A stretch of 63,779 bases of DNA, counting the filler, from Octopus bimaculoides (lineage: Eukaryota): the NCBI RefSeq assembly GCF_001194135.2. It is 5 parts of 5 records of this genome, joined end to end, with 100 filler letters (N's around TTAATTAATTAA, not from the genome) between each part and the next. Parts side by side here need not be neighbours in the genome. Positions count along the whole stretch, not along the records: positions 50,676 to 53,087 come from NC_068991.1; positions 53,188 to 58,678 come from NW_026397590.1; positions 58,779 to 63,779 come from NC_069006.1; 2 more parts are not named here. One strand, 5' to 3'. The notes beneath the pieces were generated by a model, which was not told the origin of the DNA, made no database searches, and worked only from the letters and a program-made list of their open reading frames with translations. Both the position numbers and the translations under genes were made by a program. Positions 51,004-63,779 of the stretch are shown one piece after another. Positions within the stretch are counted from its first letter, which is position 1. Each line of letters begins with the position of its first letter.

Positions 51004-51415
51004 TAGGGTGGCGAAAAAGACGCGAATCTTTAAAATAACACTTTGCCATAACATCCTATTTTCTATTTCTTTGTAAGTAAATGTGAAAAATGTTCATAAA
51101 ATGATTGGGTTTATTTTAGAGCCTTGTTAGAAATTTTTTAAACGTTAATTTTGCCAATCGATGGATTGGCAGATGAGATCCTTTGTCTTAGCCAGAAAGG
51201 TCACCAGACTTAACTCGCCTTGAGTTTTTCCAGCGGATGCATCTTACGTCCGTTGTTTATAGTATCGGTCCAAGAAGCGTTGGAGAATTAAAAGATAACA
51301 AGAGTTCAATGTGCAAAGATTGACACTGAAATCTTGAACAATGTACAACATTCTCTTTGGTATCGCTTTCAGAAATCTAATGAATGCGAAGGAAATCAGA
51401 TTCAACAATTATTTT
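51004..51415 (+). mobile_element. Internally deleted Tc1/mariner-superfamily element (TIR-like start plus transposase C-terminus)
   Basis: TA|TAGGGTG start; FANRWIGR...ERSPDLTRLEFF...VY...ELKD (WPxRSPDL region). Confidence 0.75.
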
Positions 51416-52277
51416 TACCATCTTTTTTTTTTTCTTTGTTCCGAGTTAATAATTTTGTGAAAATGAATTTTATGGAGATAAAATAAAAGCCTACCATACC
51501 TCTTATATAAACGGTTTTTCTCGTGATCAGGGCGCTGCACGATATTTGCGCCAGCCAGTATTTATATACATACACACATGTATATATATAATTATATGCA
51601 TGNNNNNNNNNNNNNNNNNNNNNNNNNNNNNNNNNNNNNNNNNNNNNNNNNNNNNNNNNNNNNNNNNNNNNNNNNNNNNNNNNNNNNNNNNNNNNNNNNN
51701 NNNNNNNNNNNNNNNNNNNNNNNNNNNNNNNNNNNNNNNNNNNNNNNNNNNNNNNNNNNNNNNNNNNNNNNNNNNNNNNNNNNNNNNNNNNNNNNNNNNN
51801 NNNNNNNNNNNNNNNNNNNNNNNNNNNNNNNNNNNNNNNNNNNNNNNNNNNNNNNNNNNNNNNNNNNNNNNNNNNNNNNNNNNNNNNNNNNNNNNNNNNT
51901 ATATATATATATATATATATATGCACGTCTGTATGTATGTATGTATGTATGTATGTATGTATGTATGCATGCATGTATGTATTATGTATGTATCTTTGTA
52001 TGTATGTATGTCTCTGCCAGTCTTCATCGGACTGTCACCATTCTTCTTGTATTAAGTATGATGTACTCTGAAGTAACATATTGAGTAAAATGTATTTATG
52101 TATTATAAATATATAAACGAACATGAACATATATTATATATATATATGGATGAAAACAGTTTGATTGAAACTCAGAGTACCAAAGAGCTTGAATCAAACT
52201 ATTTTGATCAAAAGATGTAACTCTCAATAAATATGTTGAATGCTCTTCTTTCGTTTGTCTACTCATTCGTACGTATA

Positions 52278-52338
<61 letters not shown>

Positions 52339-54172
52339 ATTCTTCTATTCGTTTATACGTTTCAGTCCTGAAGCTGTGGTCATACTGGAGCATGGTGAGT
52401 ACATACGTACTGATAGAGAATTAATTCGGAATCAGCTGAATCGAGTGGTCTCTAATCATAAGGCTACGGAATTAGCCGAATCTGACCGATCAGTATAGGG
52501 AATTTCTCGACCGGTCTTTTCAGGCGATTACACTCCCTGTCAGTACATATGTAAGCAGAAAGAAACAAGGAGATATATTCATATGCGTGTATGTATGTAT
52601 ATATATATACATATGTACAATACAAATAATATGTGAGTATATGCATATATACGTACATGTATGTACATACCTGCATCTACTTGTATATATAGATGCATAT
52701 CTGGGTACAGAACGTCACAAAAACACGTGGACAAAATGAAAAACAGAATATAAACACACTACAGAAAACACACAAGCCACGTAGAGAACATTTCCTTCAT
52801 CAGCTGCCACCATACTAAACTAAGCGTTTCGAAGAGTTAGGGCTATATATATAATCGGAGCCTTCTAAAAGTTATAAAAAGGAAGAATCTAGTCATTTTA
52901 CTATAGTTGTCAAGAACTCAACTGTCAGTTAAATACATAGATACATTTTGAAATCTAATTTTTACTACGAACGTATGAAAGCGCCAAATGAACTTTATGA
53001 GCGTTACAAAATATTTAATGCTTAACACACTTCAACGTTGTAAAAATCTTTTTTTTAAAAATACGATAATAAAAAAAACGTGAAAACNNNNNNNNNNNNN
53101 NNNNNNNNNNNNNNNNNNNNNNNNNNNNNNNTTAATTAATTAANNNNNNNNNNNNNNNNNNNNNNNNNNNNNNNNNNNNNNNNNNNNTACATACATACAT
53201 ACATACATACATACAAGCTGAAGATCAGTTGAAAAGAGAATATCTACGCTGACCTATTGAGAAATATGCAGTTACTCTCTCTAGATTACAATTTCAGGTT
53301 TTCCACTCGCAAGCACCTGCCATCACTTACCGCCATACACAATCACTCACAATCACTCGCTATCACTCATCACTACTCATCATGTCTCACCGTCACTCAC
53401 CATCAGTTGCCATCAGTCACCGTTTCTCTCATCTCTTTTCATATTCTACCTCTACTACGTTGGCTATTTCTCATTGGCATCTTCACCTTTTCCCTTTTCT
53501 CCCCCTCCTCTACTCCCCTTCCTCCTCCCCTGTTGCTCTTCTCCACCTCCTCTGTTCCTGCTTCTCCTGCTCTCCTGTTACCCCTTCTCTTTCTCCCCTG
53601 CTCCTTCTTCTGTTCACCTGTTTCTCTCTTGCTCCCCTGTTCATCCTTCTCTTCCTCCCACGTTCCTCCACCATCTCCTCTCACTATATCTCTCCTCTTC
53701 TAGATTCCGCATAATAAGTTTTTTTCGCCCAATCCTTCTTCCTTAGGACTTCGATCCTTTAGAGTTTCTTCCCTCCTTGTCTCAGCTCGTACGTTTTCAG
53801 CAAATATTAACCTCCCAAAATATTGTACTTAATTGTAAACCGCACTAAAACACACCCATGTCACCGGTCTAGACTGGTTGGAGCCTGAAGTAGATAGAGA
53901 CTCCAGTCTCTTTCCTCAGCTGGCTAACGTACGTACGTAGTAACAACTAAAAGAATATATCTACAGGAAAAAAAAAAGAACTGAAATGAAAAACTGAAAT
54001 AAAAAAAATCTGATGAAAATCAAAGAAATATAAAAAAGTAAAAATGAAATAAGAAACCAAACGAGCAAGAAAAAGCACCATTATCAATATCATTATGATC
54101 ATCATCATTACGATCATCGTAATCACCAGCATCAGCAGTTGCAACAACAACATCATCATCATCATCATCATC

Positions 54173-54213
<41 letters not shown>

Positions 54214-54316
54214 ACACATATTGCAACGAACAACTGTAGCAACAATTAGCAGCAGCGATACCAGCAAACGAATAAACCTAGCATCAACAACAGTATCATC
54301 ATCATCAACATCATCG

Positions 54317-54353
<37 letters not shown>

Positions 54354-54389
54354 CATCAAGAACAACAACAGCAATAACAACAGCAACGC

Positions 54390-54460
<71 letters not shown>

Positions 54461-54579
54461 CGGCATCACAATTATTTCTAACGTACATGGCCACCACAAC
54501 TAGGCAAACTGTAGAATCTGTAATTATATCCACTCCACACCATCATATCTTTGTCTTTTTGTCTCTGCTTTCTTCACAA

Positions 54580-54921
54580 GGATGAAAGGTGAAATCAGCC
54601 AGAGCCATGGCAGAATTTGAACTCAAAACCTAACGAAATACTTACTACAAGGTATTTTGTCCAGCGCTTTACTGGTTTTTCCAGTGTACACCCCTCATCA
54701 CGATAAATACCGCCTAATATTAGAAAAAAATCATCCACCACGTCTTATATATTTTTCGATGCGAGGAGGAATAGTAATGGATTATATTGAAGCTCTTTGA
54801 TGCCTATTCTTATCTATATCAACACTGGAGTTAAATAAAAGAGAAAGTAGATCCCGATGGGCTGTGTACGGACGGAACTAAATTTGGTAAGGCGTTTCGT
54901 CCTGTGCTTATACCATCTCTT

Positions 54922-54985
<64 letters not shown>

Positions 54986-55154
54986 TAATAATAATAATAA
55001 TGAACAGTGAGCAAAAATCTCACTGTTACGGTGTAACCAGGCGTCAGGTATGAAGTGATCGCAGAACAACGTGAGACGAAGTGTTTTGCTCAAGAACTCA
55101 GTGCATCAGCCGGTCTAGGAATTGAAATCACAATAACCATTAAGCCATGCACCC
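54580..55154 (-). mobile_element. Degenerate SINE fragments: S1 at 54580-54715 and 54830-54915; S3-related at 55040-55154
   Basis: GGATGAAAGG...ATTTGAACTC; GAAGTGTTTTGCTCAAGAAC...CCGGTCTAGGAATTGAAATCAC. Confidence 0.65.
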
Positions 55155-55313
<159 letters not shown>

Positions 55314-55338
55314 TGATGATGATGATGATGATGATGAT

Positions 55339-55730
55339 AAGGTCCTTGTTATTGTAGGTGACCTTGGTATGAAAAGAAAAAGGAATGACAGGAATATTTC
55401 CTATTATTGTAGGTGTTCTTGGTATGACAAAACTGGGTTGTCAGAAACATCTAGATAACATCCCAGGAGAACCATATCTCAAAGAAATTGAAGAAGATTA
55501 TGTTGACAAGTACCATTTACATCCTCAGGAAAATCCTATCAACTTAAATTATTTGTGTTGTGTCGTTTTATATGAATGTATTTTTGTTGTGATCTCCACA
55601 ATTTTCCCACTGCCCCCCACCCCAAACTTTCAAACATATCTAAACATCTCTTAACATTCATTTACCCTAGGGCGCTGGGAGTGATCCGGCAAGCAGGTGA
55701 TTGCATCAAACAAGCATATTAAAATAATAA
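55339..55730 (+). mobile_element. 5'-truncated R4/Dong-type LINE 3' end between triplet tracts
   Basis: IFPIIVGVLGMTKLGCQKHLDNIPGEPYLKEI..., then (frameshift) TSTIYILRKILST*: the RLE C-terminus, followed by a 3' UTR and TAA-like repeats. Confidence 0.85.
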
Positions 55731-55824
55731 AAATGATAATAATAACAACAACAACAACAACAGTAATAACGATAATAATGATAATGATAATTATAATGAT
55801 GACGACGATGATGATGATGATGAA

Positions 55825-55901
<77 letters not shown>

Positions 55902-56387
55902 GAACAACAACAACGGGAATATATTAACAAGAATTACATTCAGTCGCACAAGGATTTGAAAAAAAAAATAACAAAACAAAAAAGTATAAAACAATCTTAA
56001 ANNNNNNNNNNNNNNNNNNNNNNNNNNNNNNNNNNNNNNNNNNNNNNNNNNNNNNNNNNNNNNNNNNNNNNNNNNNNNNNNNNNNNNNNNNNNNNNNNNN
56101 NNNNNNNNNNNNNNNNNNNNNNNNNNNNNNNNNNNNNNNNNNNNNNNNNNNNNNNNNNNNNNNNNNNNNNNNNNNNNNNNNNNNNNNNNNNNNNNNNNNN
56201 NNNNNNNNNNNNNNNNNNNNNNNNNNNNNNNNNNNNNNNNNNNNNNNNNNNNNNNNNNNNNNNNNNNNNNNNNNNNNNNNNNNNNNNNNNNNNNNNNNNN
56301 NNNNNNNNNNNNNNNNNNNNNNNNNNNNNNNNNNNNNNNNNNNNNNNNNNNNNNNNNNNNNNNNNNNNNNNNNNNNNNNNNNNNNNN

Positions 56388-56438
<51 letters not shown>

Positions 56439-56509
56439 CATCTTTTTGTTGTTGTTGTTGGTGTTCCTTATGTTTTCGTCCAAACATTTAAACACATCAT
56501 TGTGTTAAA

Positions 56510-57100
56510 GATGTAACAAATATTGTCTTTTCTTTTGCTTTATGTTTAAAAAAACTTTTTAACTTGTTAACTCGTGACACATTTTGTAACAACAAGACTT
56601 TTCCTTGTTTAACTGTGGTACATTTGAAGCAGTTTTTTTAAAGTACGTAAGTATATATATCTCTGTCACAGTTGTAACATATTTTTTAATGTTCTTGTGT
56701 TATATATGCAATATATTTTTGTCTGTATGTGAGAATGTTTATACCATATTTGTAACAATATATTTGCTTATACCTTTGTCACACCTATAACAAGTTTTTT
56801 TTTAGTTCATTATACATGCGTCACATCTGCTAAAATGTCTCTTCTTTATCTTAAACATACCTGCTTTCATCACGTAACATTTGGCTTAACTAGTATCACA
56901 CACCTGTAACAAATAGCATTTCTGGTTCACCCACGTTACATATGTATCAGGTCTTTTTTCTCTATCTTTTACATACCTGTAACAGACTATGCTTACCTTG
57001 TGACATAGCTATAACAATTTGTTTTTCTGTACACGTGTCACAACTATAAACAATTTACCTACTTCCCTGTGAAACAAACTCTGATACACATGTGACACAA
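56510..57100. repeat. Decayed ~75-80-bp-period array rich in TGTAACA/TGTCACA
   Basis: TGTAACA at 56512, 56585, 56673, 56751, 56905 and 56978 (spacings 73, 88, 78, 154, 73). Confidence 0.5.
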
Positions 57101-58211
57101 CTGGATTACAAGCAAGCAATGTTTCCATAATCTTAGGGACAATTCAATATATTTATTACTCAATGTTTTTTAATATATGTGTGTGTGTATATATGCATAC
57201 ATCCACACACACATACACACAGACACAGACACACACACGCACACATATATCATAGAATTATTTTTTTAAAAAATGTTTATCAATTACCATGATCGATATT
57301 ACTAATACAATAACCATCAATATAATAATGGTTTTCCTGAAATTCTGTGTGACATTATGCTCATACCTGTATCATCTGTGTACATGTTGATTTGATTGTT
57401 AAGTGGGTTTAATAGGTTGTTTCAATAACATCTCTAAAAACGAATGTTCACAGATTTCCATCATTATTAATATTTATATTGACATTATTATTATTATTAT
57501 CATTATATTTATCAATTATTTCTTTATATTTTTTTCTAAAAAAAAAAAAATGGTTGGGGGGGCATTTTATTCTTTTCACTTGGAAGACAAGAAGAGGATA
57601 AGGTGCTTGTTTGTCTTTCCCTTCTTCTTTCTCTTCACATCCGTCACTGTACTTCCGTCGCAAACCCCTTCTCTTCCGCCTTCATTTTATTCGTCCTTCT
57701 CGTTTGTTCCTTTTCCTTCCGTTCACTTTCAGTTGTTTTTTGGTCTTGGATGTGCATGTATATGAATGTATGTATGTATGTGTATATNNNNNNNNNNNNN
57801 NNNNNNNNNNNNNNNNNNNNNNNNNNNNNNNNNNNNNNNNNNNNNNNNNNNNNNNNNNNNNNNNNNNNNNNNNNNNNNNNNNNNNNNNNNNNNNNNNNNN
57901 NNNNNNNNNNNNNNNNNNNNNNNNNNNNNNNNNNNNNNNNNNNNNNNNNNNNNNNNNNNNNNNNNNNNATATATATATATATATATATATATACGAATGC
58001 ATATATACATATGTGTATGTATGTCTGTATATATGTATGCATATATATATATAAATATATATATATATATTTATATATATATATACATATATATATACAT
58101 ATATATATTTATATATATATATATATATATGCATATATATATATTTACATATGTTATATATGTATATATGTATATATATAGGTATGATACAGACCACACA
58201 CACACACAAAC

Positions 58212-58243
<32 letters not shown>

Positions 58244-58778
58244 GTATGCCTATGACTTTATATATATATACATTATGTGCATATATATGCATGTACTCTA
58301 CGTATATACATAAATGTATTTGTATGTACTATATATACGTTTATACATCAGTCACACATCTTATATACATATTTATATGCATATATATTTTTACATGTAT
58401 ATATATATATATAGCTGCATTTGTACATATACGTACAGATACCTATGTACGCTGTTAGATATATACATACACACACACATACATACACACACATACACAT
58501 ACATATATATATATGTGCATACATACACGCACACATATACAATTGTTTCGCTTTGTAATCCATCTTGTGTTTCATTTGTTTAATTTTACTTATTTTTTTT
58601 TATATAATTTTTTAAAAATTAATTCTTAAAAATTGATTTTTTTCTTCGTTTGGAAACATTTGTTATCGTTTGCGATATNNNNNNNNNNNNNNNNNNNNNN
58701 NNNNNNNNNNNNNNNNNNNNNNTTAATTAATTAANNNNNNNNNNNNNNNNNNNNNNNNNNNNNNNNNNNNNNNNNNNN

Positions 58779-58903
58779 TGCACATATGGTTGTGATGCAT
58801 GTGCCTGGTGTGCCCTTATCAGACGGGTAGTCATGATGGGTATATTGGGCTTCGTATATTTTACCCCAGTGTCACTTTGAAGGCATGCACTGCTCGCTCA
58901 CTC
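58779..58903. mobile_element. Terminal fragment of the ~630-bp (TAA)n-flanked element, copy 3
   Basis: Matches 36423-36547; ends CACTC-(AAT)n. Confidence 0.85.
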
Positions 58904-60489
58904 AATAATAATAATAACATCAATAATAATAATAACAAATAATAATAATAACATCGAAAAATACCTTAGGAATGAGAACCCAGGTTCGAAATTTCCCTAC
59001 CACCACCACCACCACCACTAATAACTGCAACAACGAAATTATATTATGAAGTAGCGACACACAAATTGCTGAGATAGTCGTCTTCCTTATGGTGTATATT
59101 CCAAAGAATGTTTTGTGTAGAATATCTGTTAAAGAAATTGCAATATGCACCTGTTTGCTCCTGCAGTAATGATGTAATCTGCAGAGGCGTGCAGGTGACA
59201 TGCTATAATTAACCTAATTAAACAGTTGAGAAAAGGTAGAGGAGAAATTATGACGCAAGGATCAGAACAAAAGCGTAATATTTGAACAGAAGTAAATGTA
59301 AAAGCTTGACTGCTGCTGATAGAGCGAGAGGGCAATGACTGGATTATAGAAGGCGAGGTAGACGTGGAGAAAGAGGAAAAGATATAGACGATAGAGAGAC
59401 AAGGCGGGGGGGGGGGGNNNNNNNNNNNNNNNNNNNNNNNNNNNNNNNNNNNNNNNNNNNNNNNNNNNNNNNNNNNNNNNNNNNNNNNNNNNNNNNNNNN
59501 NNNNNNNNNNNNNNNNNNNNNNNNNNNNNNNNNNNNNNNNNNNNNNNNNNNNNNNNNNNNNNNNNNNNNNNNNNNNNNNNNNNNNNNNNNNNNNNNNNNN
59601 NNNNNNNNNNNNNNNNNNNNNNNNNNNNNNNNNNNNNNNNNNNNNNNNNNNNNNNNNNNNNNNNNNNNNNNNNNNNNNNNNNNNNNNNNNNNNNNNNNNN
59701 NNNNNNNNNNNNNNNNNNNNNNNNNNNNNNNNNNNNNNNNNNNNNNNNNNNNNNNNNNNNNNNNNNNNNNNNNNNNNNNNNNNNNNNNNNNNNNNNNNNN
59801 NNNNNNNNNNNNNNNNNNNNNNNNNNNNNNNNNNNNNNNNNNNNNNNNNNNNNNNNNNNNNNNNNNNNNNNNNNNNNNNNNNNNNNNNNNNNNNNNNNNN
59901 NNNNNNNNNNNNNNNNNNNNNNNNNNNNNNNNNNNNNNNNNNNNNNNNNNNNNNNNNNNNNNNNNNNNNNNNNNNNNNNNNNNNNNNNNNNNNNNNNNNN
60001 NNNNNNNNNNNNNNNNNNNNNNNNNNNNNNNNNNNNNNNNNNNNNNNNNNNNNNNNNNNNNNNNNNNNNNNNNNNNNNNNNNNNNNNNNNNNNNNNNNNN
60101 NNNNNNNNNNNNNNNNNNNNNNNNNNNNNNNNNNNNNNNNNNNNNNNNNNNNNNNNNNNNNNNNNNNNNNNNNNNNNNNNNNNNNNNNNNNNNNNNNNNN
60201 NNNNNNNATATATATATTTATATATATATATATTATATATATAAATCGTATATATGTATATATATAAATCGTATATATGTATATATATAAATCATATTTA
60301 TGTATATATATGTGTGTGCATATATATATATATATATACATACATACATATATACATACATATATACATATATACATACATATATACATACATATATACA
60401 TACATACATATATATATATGTGTGTGTACACACACACATATTCGTTGGTGTATACAGACATATACAGATATACATTCATGCGCAAACTC

Positions 60490-61480
60490 CTTCAGATTCA
60501 CGAGCAAACATACACGCCTACGTACAAAGAACTTTTATCCACGAAATATCGAAGAGTAGCCACGGTTCAACTGTATACATAGATGAGGCAAAAATCATAC
60601 GAGTCGGGAAAGAGCTCCTTGAAAAATTATTCCCTCATCATGACCAAGGACTCACACACTTGACGATCCGGGGAAGGTTTACCGCTCTGTTGGAACGGGA
60701 TAAAAGAGAGAAGGCATTTTTTTCAGTATATCAAATAGAGTGACAAAGATAGCCAAAGTAATTCTATCTTCAACGAACAACCGGCATATTAACGCTATCT
60801 TTGAAATCTATGCTTTTGAAATCCAGGAACTTGAATTAATGAAATGCTTGAAGCATAAAAAAATTGTGGATGTAAGTAAAATATCAAACTGCTATGATCA
60901 GTTCAGACTCTGCGGAACCAACACCGGAAATATCACCCACTTTATATAAACAACTGCCGAAAATGTCAACTTGATGTTATCTACTTATGGAAATGGATGT
61001 AAAGAGAAAGAATAGTACAATGCAGTATAGAGAAATGATGTTCCCGTGGCTGAAAATACAAGGAATAATAGTGATGCGGAGGGTATACTTATCCATGATT
61101 ACAAAGAGATGGCTTCAGAATGTCGCAGTGTAAACCTCTGTAAAATATAAGCCTAGTAGACCAGACATTGTGCTCTGGGATAGAGAAAAGAAATTATGCA
61201 CAGCAATGGAAACCTGTTGTCCAGTAAACGTTAACGATAAGAGGAAAAGGAAACATTTATGCTGAATTTATGAGAAATCTAGATACTTCATCCAGGACTA
61301 TAACTTTAGCTTTATAACAGTAATTATTGTGGAACTTGGTTATGCAACTAATTCTTTCAGCACCAGTCTTGAAATGGTGGTCTTCACACAACTGGGAAGA
61401 ACACAGCTAATTACGAAACACAGTTACGACCCATCAACGGAACTACGGAAATATGTAACACATGAAGACATTTTACTCGT
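60490..61480 (+). mobile_element. RLE-type (R4/R2-like) LINE 3' region, a subfamily distinct from the 37-43 kb copies
   Basis: EAKIIRVGKELL; YDQFRLCGTNTGNITHFI (CCHC remnant); YKPSRPDIVLWDREKKLCTAMETCCPVNVN (PD-(D/E)xK RLE); IYAEFMRNL; degenerate. Confidence 0.8.
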
Positions 61481-62275
61481 AAAAAACGAAGCAGAATAAA
61501 ACAAAGACACAAACTCACTTATAGATATACACACAGATCGTATCTGCACACAGATTCATATCTGCAACAGCTAGCATTTTTGTATACAAAAATATGTGTG
61601 CGTACACATAGATACATAATTAGCTGGTTGATTTTGATTAATTTCCAAGGTTACAAACCATCCTTCTCTATTGATGAGAAATTTTAAAACTAAAACCAGA
61701 AGACACACACACACACACAAATACATACAAGCTTTCAGTTCCATACTTATTATCATTGGAGTAACAGGATAGGAACCGACACCCCTGGAGAAAAGTACGG
61801 CTGGACTTGGATTGTTGGGGAGAGAAAATGCAACTCCTTAATTCATACACTGCAAATGACCACGATATCTACGACAATAAAAACGTGTGAGACCTTCTTA
61901 AGATTTAAAGGATGAGGAAAAAAAACAAAACAAGATGGTTTCCTTCACAACCTTATTAACAAGCAAGCGGCCGCTCAAATTTAATTCAGGATTAAACTGA
62001 GAAAATGAAGCAGAGATAAATTAAATGAGTGGCAGTACAAAACGAACTTTAAGATATCAAAACGGAAAAGGAAACGAATATACAATTACATATACATGTA
62101 TACGAATATGTATAAATTGTACACATACAAGCATTGTCTGCTATATATATAAAAAGTATGCGGCCATTATCCAGCGTTTTATACCGCTTAACTAAGTATG
62201 CAATACGTGATATACAGAGATATACATAAGTGTGTCCCGGATTAAAGGTAATATAAACTCATCTATATTGTATCA

Positions 62276-62402
62276 TTTACTAAACATTTTTCATTTTCCG
62301 TTCCACTTTCATGTTTACTAAACGTTTTTCCTTTTTCATTTTCCGTTCCACTTTCCTGTTTACTAAACGTTTTTCATTTTTCATTTTCCGTTCCACTTTC
62401 AT
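62276..62402. repeat. 38-45-bp minisatellite x3
   Basis: TTTACTAAAC(G/A)TTTTTC...ATTTTCCGTTCCACTTTC. Confidence 0.9.
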
Positions 62403-62633
62403 TTTCCATTCATTGTCAGCAGTTTAACTTGAATTACTTTGAATTAATTATTGAGTTCGCTCGTGTTAAATACTCCGTTTGCTTTTGTAACAATTAAGAG
62501 GCGCATGCGAGGCACGTGTATGTATTGCTTATATCTATCTATCTATCTATGTATCTGTCTGTCTGTCTGTCTGTCTGTCTATCATCTATCTATCTTGCTA
62601 TCTATATCTCTCTCTCCCTATATATATATATAG

Positions 62634-62965
62634 TTCAAATTCCGCCGAGGTCGACTTTGCCTTTCATCCTTTCGGGGTCGATAAATTAAGTACCAGTTAC
62701 GCACTGGGGTCGATGTAATTGATTTAATTCCTTTGTCTGTCCTTGTTTGCCCCCTCTATGTTTAGCCCCTTGTGGGCAATAAAGAAATAAGAAACGTTAG
62801 CACGCTGGGAAAAATGCTTATCAGCATTTTGTCCGTCTTTACATTCTGAGTTCAAATTTTGCCTTTGGGTTCGATAAAATAAATATCAGTTGAACACTGG
62901 TGTCAAAGTAATCGGCTTATTCCCTCCCTTGAAATTGCTGGACTAGTACCAAAGTTTGAAATCAA
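62634..62965 (+). mobile_element. SINE S1 (CCCTTGTGGGCAATAAAGAAATAA tail) fused to a second, more degenerate S1 copy
   Basis: The tail ends at 62790, followed directly by GAAACGTTAGCACGCTGGG. Confidence 0.9.
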
Positions 62966-63099
62966 TATTATAGACCAGATGTTATAAAATTTCAAACGCC
63001 ATATGTAACTTAACATATGCCGTGCTCTTTCTTTCATCTGTATGCTAGCTGGATGTATGGATTAATTACATTGTTCTTGAAGCTGCCACCCCCGCATTT

Positions 63100-63715
63100 C
63101 CTTGTTTGGTTTATGGGTTGTGCACCACCTGGGACTGACACTAATCTGCTAACTTAATAGATTACTGATTCAGCAGTGCATACATTTTCCAAGTGGAATA
63201 ACTTTATTTTGCCAGTTGCTGTTATTGCAGCTGCTACCTGGTTTCACAGAATTACTCAAATAACTGTCCACGGAATCTATTTCTAAGCTCTTGAGCGTAT
63301 TAAGTGAACTAGGGATAGTATTAGCTGGCTTATGATACTTACTACTGGTGATGATGTGCACTATTGCCGGTGATGATGCTCACCGTATTATTCATGCAAG
63401 TGTAGCTAACATTTACATTTTGCGGCTTGAATAGTTTAGAATAATTACATCCTATCGTAAAATGTTTCCGAATCAGATCCTGGATGTTCTTGGAAATGCT
63501 GAAATTGACCATTTATGAAAATTTGAATAAGGTTACGTTACGATCAAGAATTTTGTGACTTCTCGATTCATTAGCTGAATTTATATTAGCGGGCAAACTT
63601 ACTATTACTCTCCAGCGCTATGTTGTCGTGGTTTGAAGAGGTGTTGAAAACCCTTCCACCAATATTGCTGACATGGTTCTTCAATACATAGGCAAGTCGA
63701 TATGAATTTGTTTTA
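63100..63715 (-). mobile_element. Penelope-like element remnant (RT C-terminus and linker towards GIY-YIG)
   Basis: RNVTLFKFS*MVNFSISKNIQDLIRKHF...SKLFKPQNVNVSYTCMNN..SII matches the PLE RNIxWFNPP...LIxKHF...KIFNxNNVKVSYSCM motif; followed by SCN...PLGKCMHC. Confidence 0.75.
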
Positions 63716-63733
63716 TGTATGGTTTGTACATGC

Positions 63734-63779
<46 letters not shown>

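Noticed and set aside
52770-52840. Second hammerhead (CGAAAC...CTGATGAAGG on the minus strand)
   Set aside because: No convincing stem I, and stem II lacks a closing pair; not supportable from this copy.

Overview
This is eukaryotic, AT-rich DNA saturated with microsatellites and N gaps, from a scaffolded draft assembly. The repeat families and (TA/CA/TACA/TAGA/TAA)n density suggest a coleoid cephalopod, probably Octopus (inference, no database search). I found no intact host gene: nearly all ORF-track entries are microsatellite or N-gap artefacts, and only weak candidate small exons are visible. The 20.9-50.6 kb block is a nested transposon graveyard: a CACAG-flanked, internally deleted Gypsy LTR element inside an older Gypsy gag-pro; two mariner copies; two R4/Dong-type RLE LINEs; a near-full-length L1/Tx1-like LINE; Tc1/mariner-superfamily fragments; and MITEs. 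The window also holds CR1, Penelope-like and further RLE-LINE remnants, plus more than 20 tRNA-derived SINE copies. Four identical N44-TTAATTAATTAA-N44 scaffold linkers split it into five blocks whose adjacency is not sequence-supported. Best leads: (1) a TIR/TSD-bounded 592-bp element built around a 64-bp head-to-head telomere-repeat palindrome; (2) a minimal type I hammerhead-ribozyme fold inserted at the end of a Dong-like ORF; (3) a 3' tail shared between one SINE subfamily and the Tx1-like LINE, with a recurrent SINE junction; (4) (TAA)n tracts acting as retroelement landing pads. I see no convincing wholly new multi-gene system.
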